DNA of 37,003 nucleotides from NCBI GenBank assembly GCA_036336835.1, contig JAYZFK010000092.1, positions 1 through 37,003 on the forward strand, given 5' to 3'. The DNA comes from Myxococcota bacterium. GTDB taxonomy: Bacteria; Myxococcota_A; UBA9160; UBA4427. A program made the translations under genes and the position numbers. The notes under the pieces were generated by a model. It did not search any database. It was not told the DNA's origin and was given only the letters and a program-made list of their open reading frames with translations. This document shows positions 1-8,768 of this stretch, piece after piece; the first letter of the stretch is position 1; the number at the start of each line of letters is the position of its first letter.

Positions 1-3000
1 CGAACAGCATCAGGTGCCCCGCCAGGTACGGGAAGTTCGACTCCGACGGCCCCTCGCACGTCTCACCGAAGTTCGACCGGAACGCCAGCACGTCCGAGTT
101 GTTCACCAGACCGTCGAAGTTGTAGTCGCAACCATGGTCGCAATCCGGACCCGCACACGGGAAGCAGGCCCGCAACAGCAGCGCGTCGGCGTTGTTGACC
201 CGGTAGTCCCCGTTCAGATCGCCGAAGCAGCGCGGAATGATGCTGAAGCGCGCCGCCACCTCCTCGCTCGGCAGCATCCGGATCGAACCGAACTCCACGT
301 GCGACACGATCGCGATGTCCTGCGGCGGAAGCATCGTCAGATCCCCGCTCTGCAGGCAGACGATGAACTCCGTCCCCGCCGCATCCTGCACCGGGAAGTC
401 GAGCGCCGCCTGTGTCGAGTAGCCCACCTGGATCGGCGTGTTCGTGAAGGCCAGCTCGCTGCTCGGGTCGCAGCTCGCCTCCGTGTGGATCGCGATGCCG
501 CTGCCGGGCTGCGCCAGGAAGCTCTGCAGACTCGGTCCTTCGAGGACGACGTGGATCTGATCCTCCTGTGGGTCGAGCTGGAAGTTGTCCGAAGCGTCGC
601 AGTTGCGGCTCGGCAGAACGCCGATCCCATCCGGGAACTGCGAGCAAGCCGCCTCGACCGAGAGCTGGATCGGGTTGGACGCATAGAACAGACGCCCCGG
701 CGGACCGGTGTTGCCAGCCGTGTCGGTCACGCTGTGACTGCCCTGCGTCAGCACCCCCTGCACCGTCTGCACGATCTTGACCGCTGCCCGGAAGCCCAGC
801 GGGAGGCGGCTCAGCAGCTGCTCGTACTCGACGTTCAGCCGCAGCGCGCGGCCCGGCTCCCCGAGCCAGCTGTCGAGCACCTCCACGCCGATCGCCTGCG
901 CGGCCACCCGGAACGCCGTCCCCTGCGCAACCGGCAGCGAGATCGCCGTCGGGCGGATCGTGTAGAACAGCTCCGCCCCGCCGACGCCGCCCTCCGTGTG
1001 CTCGATCGTCCACTCCGAAGGGGTCCCGGCTCCGAAGGCGCTGCCCAGCTCGATGTCCGCTCCCGAGCCCGAGGGTCCCACCGTCGGCAACGGCTCGGCC
1101 AGCAGGCCCCCGCTCAGGCTCAACACCATCTGGAACGGCTCGGTGCGCCCGAGCACCACGTTCGACGCATCCACCGGAATCTCGATCGACTGCGCGTTCG
1201 AGATCGCCGACGTCACGCTGCCGAACAAGTTGTATGGGACGTTGGTGCTCGCATCGAGCTCGAAGTCGTTGACCGGCGCCACGCCCAGCGGAGCGCCCAG
1301 CGCATCGATCTTCGCCTCCGGTGCCAGCACCCCCGTCTGCGGATTGCCCGCCACGATCCCCACATAACGGTATGCCGAGGGCCACGACCAGCGCGACGTG
1401 TAGTCGTCGTACACCGCGTCGGCCCGGTACCCCTGCTGCCAGACCGTGTCGAGATCCGCTTCCTCCCAGGTCAGCAGGTCGTTCGAGCCCCACACCCGCA
1501 GGCTCGTCGCCGACAAGAACACCCCGGCTGCCGCGCCCGCCTGGTCCGTGAACGGGAACACATCGACGAACTCCGAGCGAAGGCCCAGATCCCAGATGGT
1601 TCCGTTGCCGTCCCAGGAGCCGCCCTGGTTGCCCGACTCGCTCACCCAGCCGCCGTCGCGCGGGCCCCCGGCGGCCGCGTCGTCCAGCTGGTTCGCCGCG
1701 GCCAGGAAGATCCCACTCGGCGTCTCCGAGCCGTAGCCCACGCCGCTCCAGTCGCCCGAGCCCTCCGCACCGGTGAGGTAGCTCCCGAACTGGTGGTCGA
1801 GCGGCACGACGCCCGGAATCGACTCGATCCCGAAATCCGCCGGATCGGCCCCGGGCGGCAGCGGCGGCACGGGATCCGGATCGCAGGCGTCGCCAACCCC
1901 GTCGAAGTCCTGGTCGAGCTGGCTCGGGTTCGCAGCGCCCGGGCAGTTGTCCTGGCTGCCGACGATGCCGTCCCCATCCACATCGCCCGATTCGGAGGGA
2001 TCGTCCGGGAACGCGTCGAACTCGTTCACCACCCCGTCGCCGTCGCGATCCGCATCACAGACATCCCCGAACGAGTCGCCGTCGAGGTTCATCTGATCGG
2101 GATTCGGCGTGAGCGGGCAGTTGTCGTTCAGGTCGGCGATCCCATCCCCGTCCTGGTCACTCGGCGGCGGCTCCCCCGATCCCGTCACCGACGCGCCCAC
2201 GAAGGTGGCAGCGATTGGGACGCCCGACGGGCCGAGAATCGCGTCAAACAAAGTGTTCTGCAGGCTGGCGATCACGTCGATGTCAAAGGAGCCGCTCGAC
2301 GCGTTCACGACGTGGAACGTGACGGAGCCCAGCGTGCGAGAGTTTCCACCGACCAGCCCCGTCGCGATGGTCGCCTCGTCGAACATCGTGACCAGACCCG
2401 CGCTGTTGTCGATCGTCGTGCCCGCAATGACCGGGCCGAACTGGTTGCCCATGCCCGGCAGGTTGACGACCGCGAGCTCGCGTGCGGCCGTCGCCTGCAG
2501 CTCGCCGTTGTCGAACTCGATCGAGATGAACACGCCGGTGACCGTCTGCTCGTTGGTTCTGAGGACGATGTCCGCGATCTCGGTGCTCGGGCCCGGCGGC
2601 AATGGGAGCGTGGCGGCGCCACTGCTCCGCCAGATCATGTCGATCGAGGGCGGCTCCGGCGGCGGCTGCGGCAGCGGAGTCGAATCGCAGGCGTCTCCAA
2701 GCCCGTCGGAGTCCTGATCGAGCTGGCTGGGATTCGCAACGCTCGGGCAGTTGTCGGCAGCATCGACGACGCCGTCGCCATCGCGATCGTCGTCGCAGAC
2801 ATCTCCCACCAGATCGCCGTCGAGATCCGCCTGATCGGAGTTCGCTGTGCCCGGGCAGTTGTCCGCAGCATCGACGACGCCGTCGCCGTCCCGGTCATCA
2901 TCGCAGGCGTCGCCCAACGCGTCGCCGTCGAGGTTGGTTTGCGATGGATTCGCGGTACTCGGGCAATTGTCCAGACTGTTCGCCCAGTCGTCTCCGTCTG

Positions 3001-3706
3001 TGTCCTCGAAGTCATTGCACGCATCACCCGTGCCGTTGCTATCCGTGTCGGACTGAGAGGGGTTGGCTGTCGCAGGGCAGTTGTCTTCGTGGTCGGAGAC
3101 CCCATCCCCGTCCTGGTCACTCGCCGGGACTCCTCTCACCGAGGCACCCCCGAAATTGCAGCCTGAGGGGCTACTCGCTTCGCAGATCACGCCGCCGGCC
3201 GGACTGGTAATCGCGTCGATGCCCGGGTTCTGCACGCTGACGATCACATCGATGTCGGTGGAGTCACCAATCGCGCTCAGGATATGGAACGCGACCGAGC
3301 CGAGCGTGCGGGTATTCCCACCGGGCAGACCCACCGAGAGGGTCGCCTCGTCGAACAGCGTGATCAGGCCCGCGGCGTTGTCGATTGTCGTGCCAACGAT
3401 GATCGGGGAGAACGCGTTGAACATGCCCGGCAGGTTGATGTGGGCGAGCTCTCTTGCGGCCGTCGCCTGAAGCTCGGCGGCGTCGAACTCGATCGAGATG
3501 AATACGCCGTTGACGGTCTCTGTGTCGGTCCGGAGAACGATGTCGGCGACCTGGGTGCTCGAGACCGCCGGTGAAAAGAGCGAGGCGGTCCCCGTGCTTC
3601 GCCAGATCATGTCGATCGAAGGGATCGCCTGGGCGCCGCTGGCCGCGAGGAGGAAGCCAGCCACGCCCGCTGCGAGCTTCGCCGTTCGGCTGCATCGCTT
3701 CACCAC
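1..3706 (-). CDS. Large secreted multidomain protein (3' partial, >1230 aa): signal peptide, 2 cohesin-like domains, TSP3 Ca-binding repeats, discoidin-like domain, dockerin-like domain
   Basis: Manual minus-strand translation from GTG 3706 is open to the window edge, so it is missing from the ORF track; the + ORF 14..3166 is its in-register antisense shadow. N-terminus MVKRCSRTAKLAAGVAGFLLAASGAQA|IPSIDMIW is a Sec-type signal. Repeated DxDGDGxxDxxDNCPxxxNPxQxDxDxDxxGDAC motifs. Paired GDLNGDYRVNNAD / CDYNFDGLVNNSD loops near 230-60. Confidence 0.9.
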   Translation of the reverse strand, partial: MVKRCSRTAKLAAGVAGFLLAASGAQAIPSIDMIWRSTGTASLFSPAVSSTQVADIVLRTDTETVNGVFISIEFDAAELQATAARELAHINLPGMFNAFSPIIVGTTIDNAAGLITLFDEATLSVGLPGGNTRTLGSVAFHILSAIGDSTDIDVIVSVQNPGIDAITSPAGGVICEASSPSGCNFGGASVRGVPASDQDGDGVSDHEDNCPATANPSQSDTDSNGTGDACNDFEDTDGDDWANSLDNCPSTANPSQTNLDGDALGDACDDDRDGDGVVDAADNCPGTANSDQADLDGDLVGDVCDDDRDGDGVVDAADNCPSVANPSQLDQDSDGLGDACDSTPLPQPPPEPPSIDMIWRSSGAATLPLPPGPSTEIADIVLRTNEQTVTGVFISIEFDNGELQATAARELAVVNLPGMGNQFGPVIAGTTIDNSAGLVTMFDEATIATGLVGGNSRTLGSVTFHVVNASSGSFDIDVIASLQNTLFDAILGPSGVPIAATFVGASVTGSGEPPPSDQDGDGIADLNDNCPLTPNPDQMNLDGDSFGDVCDADRDGDGVVNEFDAFPDDPSESGDVDGDGIVGSQDNCPGAANPSQLDQDFDGVGDACDPDPVPPLPPGADPADFGIESIPGVVPLDHQFGSYLTGAEGSGDWSGVGYGSETPSGIFLAAANQLDDAAAGGPRDGGWVSESGNQGGSWDGNGTIWDLGLRSEFVDVFPFTDQAGAAAGVFLSATSLRVWGSNDLLTWEEADLDTVWQQGYRADAVYDDYTSRWSWPSAYRYVGIVAGNPQTGVLAPEAKIDALGAPLGVAPVNDFELDASTNVPYNLFGSVTSAISNAQSIEIPVDASNVVLGRTEPFQMVLSLSGGLLAEPLPTVGPSGSGADIELGSAFGAGTPSEWTIEHTEGGVGGAELFYTIRPTAISLPVAQGTAFRVAAQAIGVEVLDSWLGEPGRALRLNVEYEQLLSRLPLGFRAAVKIVQTVQGVLTQGSHSVTDTAGNTGPPGRLFYASNPIQLSVEAACSQFPDGIGVLPSRNCDASDNFQLDPQEDQIHVVLEGPSLQSFLAQPGSGIAIHTEASCDPSSELAFTNTPIQVGYSTQAALDFPVQDAAGTEFIVCLQSGDLTMLPPQDIAIVSHVEFGSIRMLPSEEVAARFSIIPRCFGDLNGDYRVNNADALLLRACFPCAGPDCDHGCDYNFDGLVNNSDVLAFRSNFGETCEGPSESNFPYLAGHLMLF
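1875..3625 (-). repeat. Intragenic tandem duplication of a ~960-970 bp cohesin-like + TSP3 module
   Basis: gccagatcatgtcgatcga at 3601 and 2629; cccatccccgtcctggtcactcg at 3101 and 2141. Protein repeats PSIDMIWRS...ADIVLRT...GVFISIEFD..ELQATAAREL...NLPGM...RTLGSV.FH. Confidence 0.9.
2745..2960 (-). repeat. 108-bp tandem TSP3 repeat units
   Basis: gggcagttgtc(g/c)gcagcatcgacgacgccgtcgcc occurs at 2745 and 2853 (offset 108); both copies encode CDDDRDGDGVVDAADNCP. Confidence 0.85.
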
Positions 3707-3986
3707 CCGCGCACCCCCGCTCTGAGGTTCGTGGCGTCTGTGTAGTGAACCAGTACCCGACGAGAAATGCAAACTGTCGTTTCACTTCCGAGGAACACAT
3801 CGATGTTAGGTCTGGTCCCGCGGGGGCTGTCGCAACACGGGTGCTCGTCTGCGGGATAGCGAGCGTGGAGCCGCGTTGTCCTGGGGGATCGACACCGCAC
3901 GGTTTCAACGGACCTGCCATCCTGCGGGGGCGATTTCGAGTCGAGGACTCGTGCTCGTGGCTTTGTCCGGGCCGCGGCGGCCTGGC

Positions 3987-5201
3987 TCAGTCGGCCATCG
4001 CCAGCTGGGGTCGAATCACGAAGGCGGGGACGGCCTCGAAGTGGAGAGCCGTCGAGATCGAGGCGCAGCGGCCGGTCTCGGGATCGCGGTGCCCATCGGC
4101 GACGCGCGGCATGGCGTGGTAGATGCCCGCGCACATGAAGCCGCGGCTGCGGGCCGCGTTGCGCCCCTGGTGGTGATCGCCGATCCACTGCTCGTTCAGC
4201 GTCGAGAAGATGTTGTCGATCGGCCAGTAGGCGCCGACGATCCCCACGATCCGTCCGTCGGGCTGGACCTCGCCGCGGATGCGCGCCTCCCGGAACCAGA
4301 ACTCGTTGTCCATCGTCTGCTGCTTGACCTTGATCCGGATGTCGACCGGCTCGGTCGTGAGGACCCCGTCGACGATCCTTCCCCGGGCAGGCTGGTTGTG
4401 GTAGCGCGCGCTCTCGTGCGCCGTGTAGCTCACGTTCTGCGCGATGTCGCCGACCGCGTTGACGCTCACGGGATGGTTGGCCGAGACGAACTGCACCGTG
4501 ATCTCGTCGTCGTTCATCGGATCGTCCATGCCAGAGATCTCGAGCAGCAGCGCGAAGCCGCCCTCCTTGATGCTGGTATTCGATTGGTAGAGCCGATCCA
4601 TCAGATCGTTGGGGCGATATCCGCGGACGCATCCCATCAGCCGCCAGAGCTGGTTGTCGACGCCCGTCGCTCCGCCGTGGCCCGCGAAGTCGTCGTGCGC
4701 ACAGCTCGCGCCCGCGCCATCGGCACTGCGAGAGTCGAGGCCGTCGAGGTCGAGACCGTGGACGACCGCCGGCCCGTCGAGGGTGAGGAAGCCCGGATCC
4801 GGCTGTACGAGCGGGTCCTGACAGGCGTCGGGTGGCAGCCGCGCGTCGTCCCACGGCAGATAGCCTCCCTGGTCACGCAGCCGGAGGCGCTCGGTCAGCC
4901 AGGTCTTCCACTGCTCCGGGAAGTACTGCTCCTCCGTGAGGTTCAGGCCGGCGGGACACGCGCCCGCGTCCTGCTTGTCCGGGATCTCGTCGTGCCAGCG
5001 CGCCATGACGTAGCCGCGTACGGGAGGCGGCGCAGCCGCTGTCGTCGCACTCGTCTCGCTCTGCTGGGTCGCGGCGGAGCCGCAGCCGATCGCGAGCGAG
5101 CCGAACAACGCGAGTGCCAGGGCCAGCGCGAGCGCCGGAGGAGCCCGCCGGACGACGGTCTGGCGAGTCGGCTCGAGAGCCGCGAGGGTCGGGCTTCGCA
5201 C
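3987..5201 (-). CDS. Cys-rich hypothetical lipoprotein
   Basis: GTG start preceded by GAGGAGG. Hydrophobic stretch ending in lipobox-like LAIG-C. Six further Cys; motifs GLDLDG and GVDNQL. Confidence 0.8.
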   Translation of the reverse strand: MRSPTLAALEPTRQTVVRRAPPALALALALALFGSLAIGCGSAATQQSETSATTAAAPPPVRGYVMARWHDEIPDKQDAGACPAGLNLTEEQYFPEQWKTWLTERLRLRDQGGYLPWDDARLPPDACQDPLVQPDPGFLTLDGPAVVHGLDLDGLDSRSADGAGASCAHDDFAGHGGATGVDNQLWRLMGCVRGYRPNDLMDRLYQSNTSIKEGGFALLLEISGMDDPMNDDEITVQFVSANHPVSVNAVGDIAQNVSYTAHESARYHNQPARGRIVDGVLTTEPVDIRIKVKQQTMDNEFWFREARIRGEVQPDGRIVGIVGAYWPIDNIFSTLNEQWIGDHHQGRNAARSRGFMCAGIYHAMPRVADGHRDPETGRCASISTALHFEAVPAFVIRPQLAMAD

Positions 5202-5241
5202 GTGTCCTCCTCGCGGCCGATGCGCGCACCGGCCGCCGTCC

Positions 5242-6594
5242 TCAGGCCAGGATCTCCGAGACCGGGCGGGACGTCTGGTTCGCTCCCAGGCCCCAGCTCG
5301 CCACGTTGAGTCCCATCACCTGCTGCAATGTCAGGCCGACCCGGGTCGTGGGCTCACCGACGCCGCGCACGTGTACGCCCGGCGCGAGCCGCCCGCCGCC
5401 GCGCCCGGCGATCATGATCGGCAGTCCGGTCACGCTGTGGCTGTTCGCGTCCGAAGTCTCCGAGTGGGCCAGGACGGCGCACTGGTCGAGCAGCCTGCCG
5501 TCGCCCTCGGGTACCGAGGCCAGGATCTCGACGAAGGTCTTCCACGCGTCCATGCTGTGGATCACGAACTTCGTCGCCTCCTCCTGGTAGCCGAGCTCTT
5601 CGTTGCGCGCCTCTTCGTGGGTCAGCGTGTGATGGGTGTCGCTGCTACCGGGCATGTGCAGCTGCGAGGCGCCCTCCGAGAAGACCATGTTGAAGATGCG
5701 CGTCTGATCGCAGGCCAGCGCCAACGCGAGCACCTTGGCCATCGCCTCGTGATTTGCCTTGACGTGCGCCACGTCGCGCGAGACCGGTGCCTCCTCCGGC
5801 CGATCCGGGGTGCGGCAGGCTTCGAGCGGCGGGGGCGCCGACAGCTGGAGCTCGAGCTGCCGCTCCAGCTGGCGCAACGACGTGAAGTACTCGTCGAGCC
5901 GCGCCCGGTCGCGGGCGCCGAGCTGGGACTCGACGCGCTTGCGATCGTCCGCGACGATCGAGAGCACACTCCCGCGCAGCATCATCTGCGGGTCCGGTGT
6001 GAACTCGGCAGCGTTCGGGTCGGCAAATCCGGGACCGAAGACCCGCGCGTAGAGCGACAAGGGAGTGGTCTCGCTCGGATTCTTCGCATCCTCGCTGCGC
6101 CGGCTGTAGCTGTCCTTGGCGACGCCCGTTGCCGCCATCTCGAGCGACCGGAAGCGCGTCGCCCCGCCGAGCACATCCGAGATCAGGATGTCGAGGGTCG
6201 GACCCTGGTTGTCCGTCGTCGAGGGCGGCGCTCCGCCGCAGAGCGTGCCGATCACCCCCGTCCGGTGGACGTGGTTGGTCTGGCCGTTGAGGATCACGCT
6301 GAAGCCGGAGAGCACGCTGACGTGCTCGCGAACCGACTCGATCGGCGCCAGCTCGGCCGGCAGATCGAAGTCGCGCCCCTCCTCGGTCGGGTTCCAGCGG
6401 GGGGGATTCATGCCGCAACCGAAGAACCAGGTGCCGAAACGGCGCGGCAGCGGTGCACCGGTGGCGGCGAGCGCATTGCCGTTGTCGTTGAGGAAGATAT
6501 CCAGATAGGGCAGCCCGACCGCGATCGCGGCGCCGCCCAGCGTGCCGCGGAGGCTCGAACGAAGCAGCCTTCGACGGGTGATCCCGCGGCTCAT
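5242..6594 (-). CDS. DUF1552 (HXXSHH-type) protein with Tat-like leader
   Basis: N-terminal ITRRRLLR...GGAAIAVGLPYLD; RFRSLE; DRARLDEYFTSLRQLERQL; LALACDQTRI; HHTLTH; EGDGRLLD; HSVTGLPIMIAGRGGG. Confidence 0.88.
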   Translation of the reverse strand: MSRGITRRRLLRSSLRGTLGGAAIAVGLPYLDIFLNDNGNALAATGAPLPRRFGTWFFGCGMNPPRWNPTEEGRDFDLPAELAPIESVREHVSVLSGFSVILNGQTNHVHRTGVIGTLCGGAPPSTTDNQGPTLDILISDVLGGATRFRSLEMAATGVAKDSYSRRSEDAKNPSETTPLSLYARVFGPGFADPNAAEFTPDPQMMLRGSVLSIVADDRKRVESQLGARDRARLDEYFTSLRQLERQLELQLSAPPPLEACRTPDRPEEAPVSRDVAHVKANHEAMAKVLALALACDQTRIFNMVFSEGASQLHMPGSSDTHHTLTHEEARNEELGYQEEATKFVIHSMDAWKTFVEILASVPEGDGRLLDQCAVLAHSETSDANSHSVTGLPIMIAGRGGGRLAPGVHVRGVGEPTTRVGLTLQQVMGLNVASWGLGANQTSRPVSEILA

Positions 6595-6627
6595 CCCGCC
6601 TTCCGTTCGTGACCAGGCCGAAGCACG

Positions 6628-7308
6628 TCAATGGGCTCGGGCGGTGGTCGCTTCGTTCGGGTCCGGCGGGATGCAGTGCGTGCTGGCAACGGTGCTCTTC
6701 GGCAGGTCCTGCAGCAGGGTCGTTCGCTGGTCGAGCAGCAGCTTGTCGAGCGTGAGGCGCACGTGGGCCCACGGGGGCTGATCGTCCTGCCACTGGATGC
6801 CGCCCGGGAACTGGACGCGACGTCCGTAGCGCAGCAGGGGCTCCTCCGTGACCGAATCGCGCAGGTCGACCACCAGCGTCACTCCACCCCAGGTCGAGAG
6901 CAGGCTGGTGGACGAGCCGCTGCCGTCGGGCTCGGTGAGCTCGACGTCGACCAGCCCGATCCCCATCGACAGGATGCAGGCGCCCGGGCCGGTGACCATG
7001 CTCGAGCCTTCCGAGGTCATGCCACCGATCGTCGTATCCTCGACATACTCCCGGATCCGCTTTTCCTGGAGCGGCGTGAAGTGGTTCGAGTCGCGCTCGT
7101 AGGTCACGAGAACCTGGGTCAGGTAGTAGCGGTGGTGCGGGGTGATGCCGTGAGCCGGCTTGATGAACAGCGCGCCCTTGCGGTGATGCTCGACGAGCAC
7201 CAGCCCATCCGGCGTCTTCTTCTCGCCTCTGGTCAGCGGGCCTGGTGTCTTACCACCGCAGGCGAGAGCCAACGCGAGTAGAACCGCAAACCCACGAAGT
7301 CCGCTCAT
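6628..7308 (-). CDS. DUF3313-like lipoprotein
   Basis: ATG 7308 gives MSGLRGFAVLLALALA-C lipobox. TPDGLVLV and VTLVVDLRDSVTEEPLLR motifs resemble this family. Confidence 0.7.
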   Translation of the reverse strand: MSGLRGFAVLLALALACGGKTPGPLTRGEKKTPDGLVLVEHHRKGALFIKPAHGITPHHRYYLTQVLVTYERDSNHFTPLQEKRIREYVEDTTIGGMTSEGSSMVTGPGACILSMGIGLVDVELTEPDGSGSSTSLLSTWGGVTLVVDLRDSVTEEPLLRYGRRVQFPGGIQWQDDQPPWAHVRLTLDKLLLDQRTTLLQDLPKSTVASTHCIPPDPNEATTARAH

Positions 7309-7406
7309 GGCAGATTCCTCCGGCGCGGAACGCAAGCGTACCACAGCGGCGTGATAGGATCGCGCGCCCCGCGAGCGGCGCGGGGACTCGCAAACGGAGG
7401 CTCGGG

Positions 7407-8273
7407 GTGGCGAATCTCAGCTGGTCGATCGGCGACGTGCGGATCACTCGCATCGTCGAGAGCGTGTCACCAGTTCCGCCGGTCGGACTGTTTCCCGATG
7501 CCACGGCGGCGGCCCTCGTGCGCCACGAGAGCTGGCTGAAGCCCCATTTCGTGGACGGCGACGGCAACCTGCTGCTCTCGATTCACGGGCTCGTCGTCGA
7601 GGCGTCCGGCAAGCGCATCCTGGTCGACACCTGTGTGGGCGACAAGCCGATTCCCGGGTTCGAGGGTCTCGGCGCCGACAGCAACTTCCTCTCGGATCTC
7701 GAAGCCGCGGGGTTCCCTGCGGAGTCGATCGACGTCGTGCTGTGTACGCACCTGCATTTCGACCACGTCGGCTGGAATACGCGCCGCGAGGGCGATCGCT
7801 GGGTGCCGAGCTTCCCGAACGCCCGGTACTTGTTTGCGCGCGTGGAGTACGAGCACTGGAAGGGCCAGAGCGAACGGCCCTTCGCCCCGACGTTCGACGA
7901 CGCTGTGACGCCGATCGTCGAGGCCGGGCTCGCCGACCGGGTCGAGACCAACCACCGCATCACCGACGAGGTGTGGCTCGAGGCGACCCCGGGTCACACC
8001 CCCGGTCACGTGGCGGTCCGCCTCGAGTCGCAGGGCGCCCGGGCGCTGATCACCGGCGATCTGACCCATCATCCGGTGCAGTGGGCCGAACTCGACTGGA
8101 AGATGAGCGCCGACAGCGACTCCGCGCAGGCCGCCGCTACGCGCCGCCGCCTGCTGGCGGAGCACGCCGACGGCGACCTGCTGCTGATCGGCACCCACTA
8201 CGCCGAGCCGTGCTCGGGCCGACTGGTCGCGGATGGCCAGGGGGGCCATCGGTTCGAGGCCTCGCCGCGCTGA
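7407..8273 (+). CDS. MBL-fold metallo-hydrolase (YtnP/AHL-lactonase-like)
   Basis: THLHFDHVGWN (HxHxDH), TPGHTPGH, TGD, terminal GTH. GGAGG at 7396-7400 precedes GTG 7407. Confidence 0.9.
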   Translation: MANLSWSIGDVRITRIVESVSPVPPVGLFPDATAAALVRHESWLKPHFVDGDGNLLLSIHGLVVEASGKRILVDTCVGDKPIPGFEGLGADSNFLSDLEAAGFPAESIDVVLCTHLHFDHVGWNTRREGDRWVPSFPNARYLFARVEYEHWKGQSERPFAPTFDDAVTPIVEAGLADRVETNHRITDEVWLEATPGHTPGHVAVRLESQGARALITGDLTHHPVQWAELDWKMSADSDSAQAAATRRRLLAEHADGDLLLIGTHYAEPCSGRLVADGQGGHRFEASPR

Positions 8274-8306
8274 GCGCGCTCTCATTTCCAATCACGGGAG
8301 ACTCCA

Positions 8307-8768
8307 ATGCCCAGTCGACGCGACATGATCCGGATGACCGACGAAGAGATCGCGGCCTTCCTCGACGCCGGCAAGAGCCTGCAGCTCGCGACCATCAACA
8401 AGGACGGCACTCCGCACCTCGTCGCCATGTGGTACGGGCTGGTCGACGGCAAGATCGTGATCGAGACGTTCGAGAAATCGCAGAAGGCCGTGAACCTGAA
8501 GCGCGACCCGCGGATCGCGTGCCTGCTCGAGTCGGGCACCGAGTACAACGAGCTCAGGGGCGTTCAGATCAACGGCACCGCGAAGCTCGTGACCGATCCC
8601 GCCGAGGTCGTCGAGGCCATGAAGCACGTGCTGCGTCGCAACCACGAGATGGACGAGAAGATGGTCGAGTTGGCCGCCGAGCAGGGCGCGAAGAAGCGGA
8701 TCGCGGCGATCGTCGAGCCCAGCCGGATCGTGAGCTGGGATCACACCAAGCTCGACGTCGCCTACTGA
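8307..8768 (+). CDS. Pyridoxamine 5'-phosphate oxidase-family / PPOX class putative F420-dependent oxidoreductase
   Basis: LATINKDGTPHLVAMWY, SQKAVNLKRDPRI, YNELRGVQING, SWDHTKL. GGGAG RBS. Confidence 0.85.
   Translation: MPSRRDMIRMTDEEIAAFLDAGKSLQLATINKDGTPHLVAMWYGLVDGKIVIETFEKSQKAVNLKRDPRIACLLESGTEYNELRGVQINGTAKLVTDPAEVVEAMKHVLRRNHEMDEKMVELAAEQGAKKRIAAIVEPSRIVSWDHTKLDVAY

Noticed and set aside
2680..3120. Regularly spaced repeats that might suggest a CRISPR array
   Set aside because: Repeats are degenerate at third codon positions, in frame, and encode TSP3 motifs. There is no repeat/unique-spacer structure and no cas gene.
14..3166. 1050-aa plus-strand ORF, the longest in the track
   Set aside because: Arg/Val-rich, no motifs, and exactly in register with the real minus-strand gene: a high-GC antisense shadow.
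3905..3919. Sigma54-like element TGGCAGGTCCGTTGA on the minus strand upstream of the surface-protein gene
   Set aside because: The -12 dinucleotide is GA instead of the near-invariant GC, and it lies ~200 bp from the start. Too weak to call.
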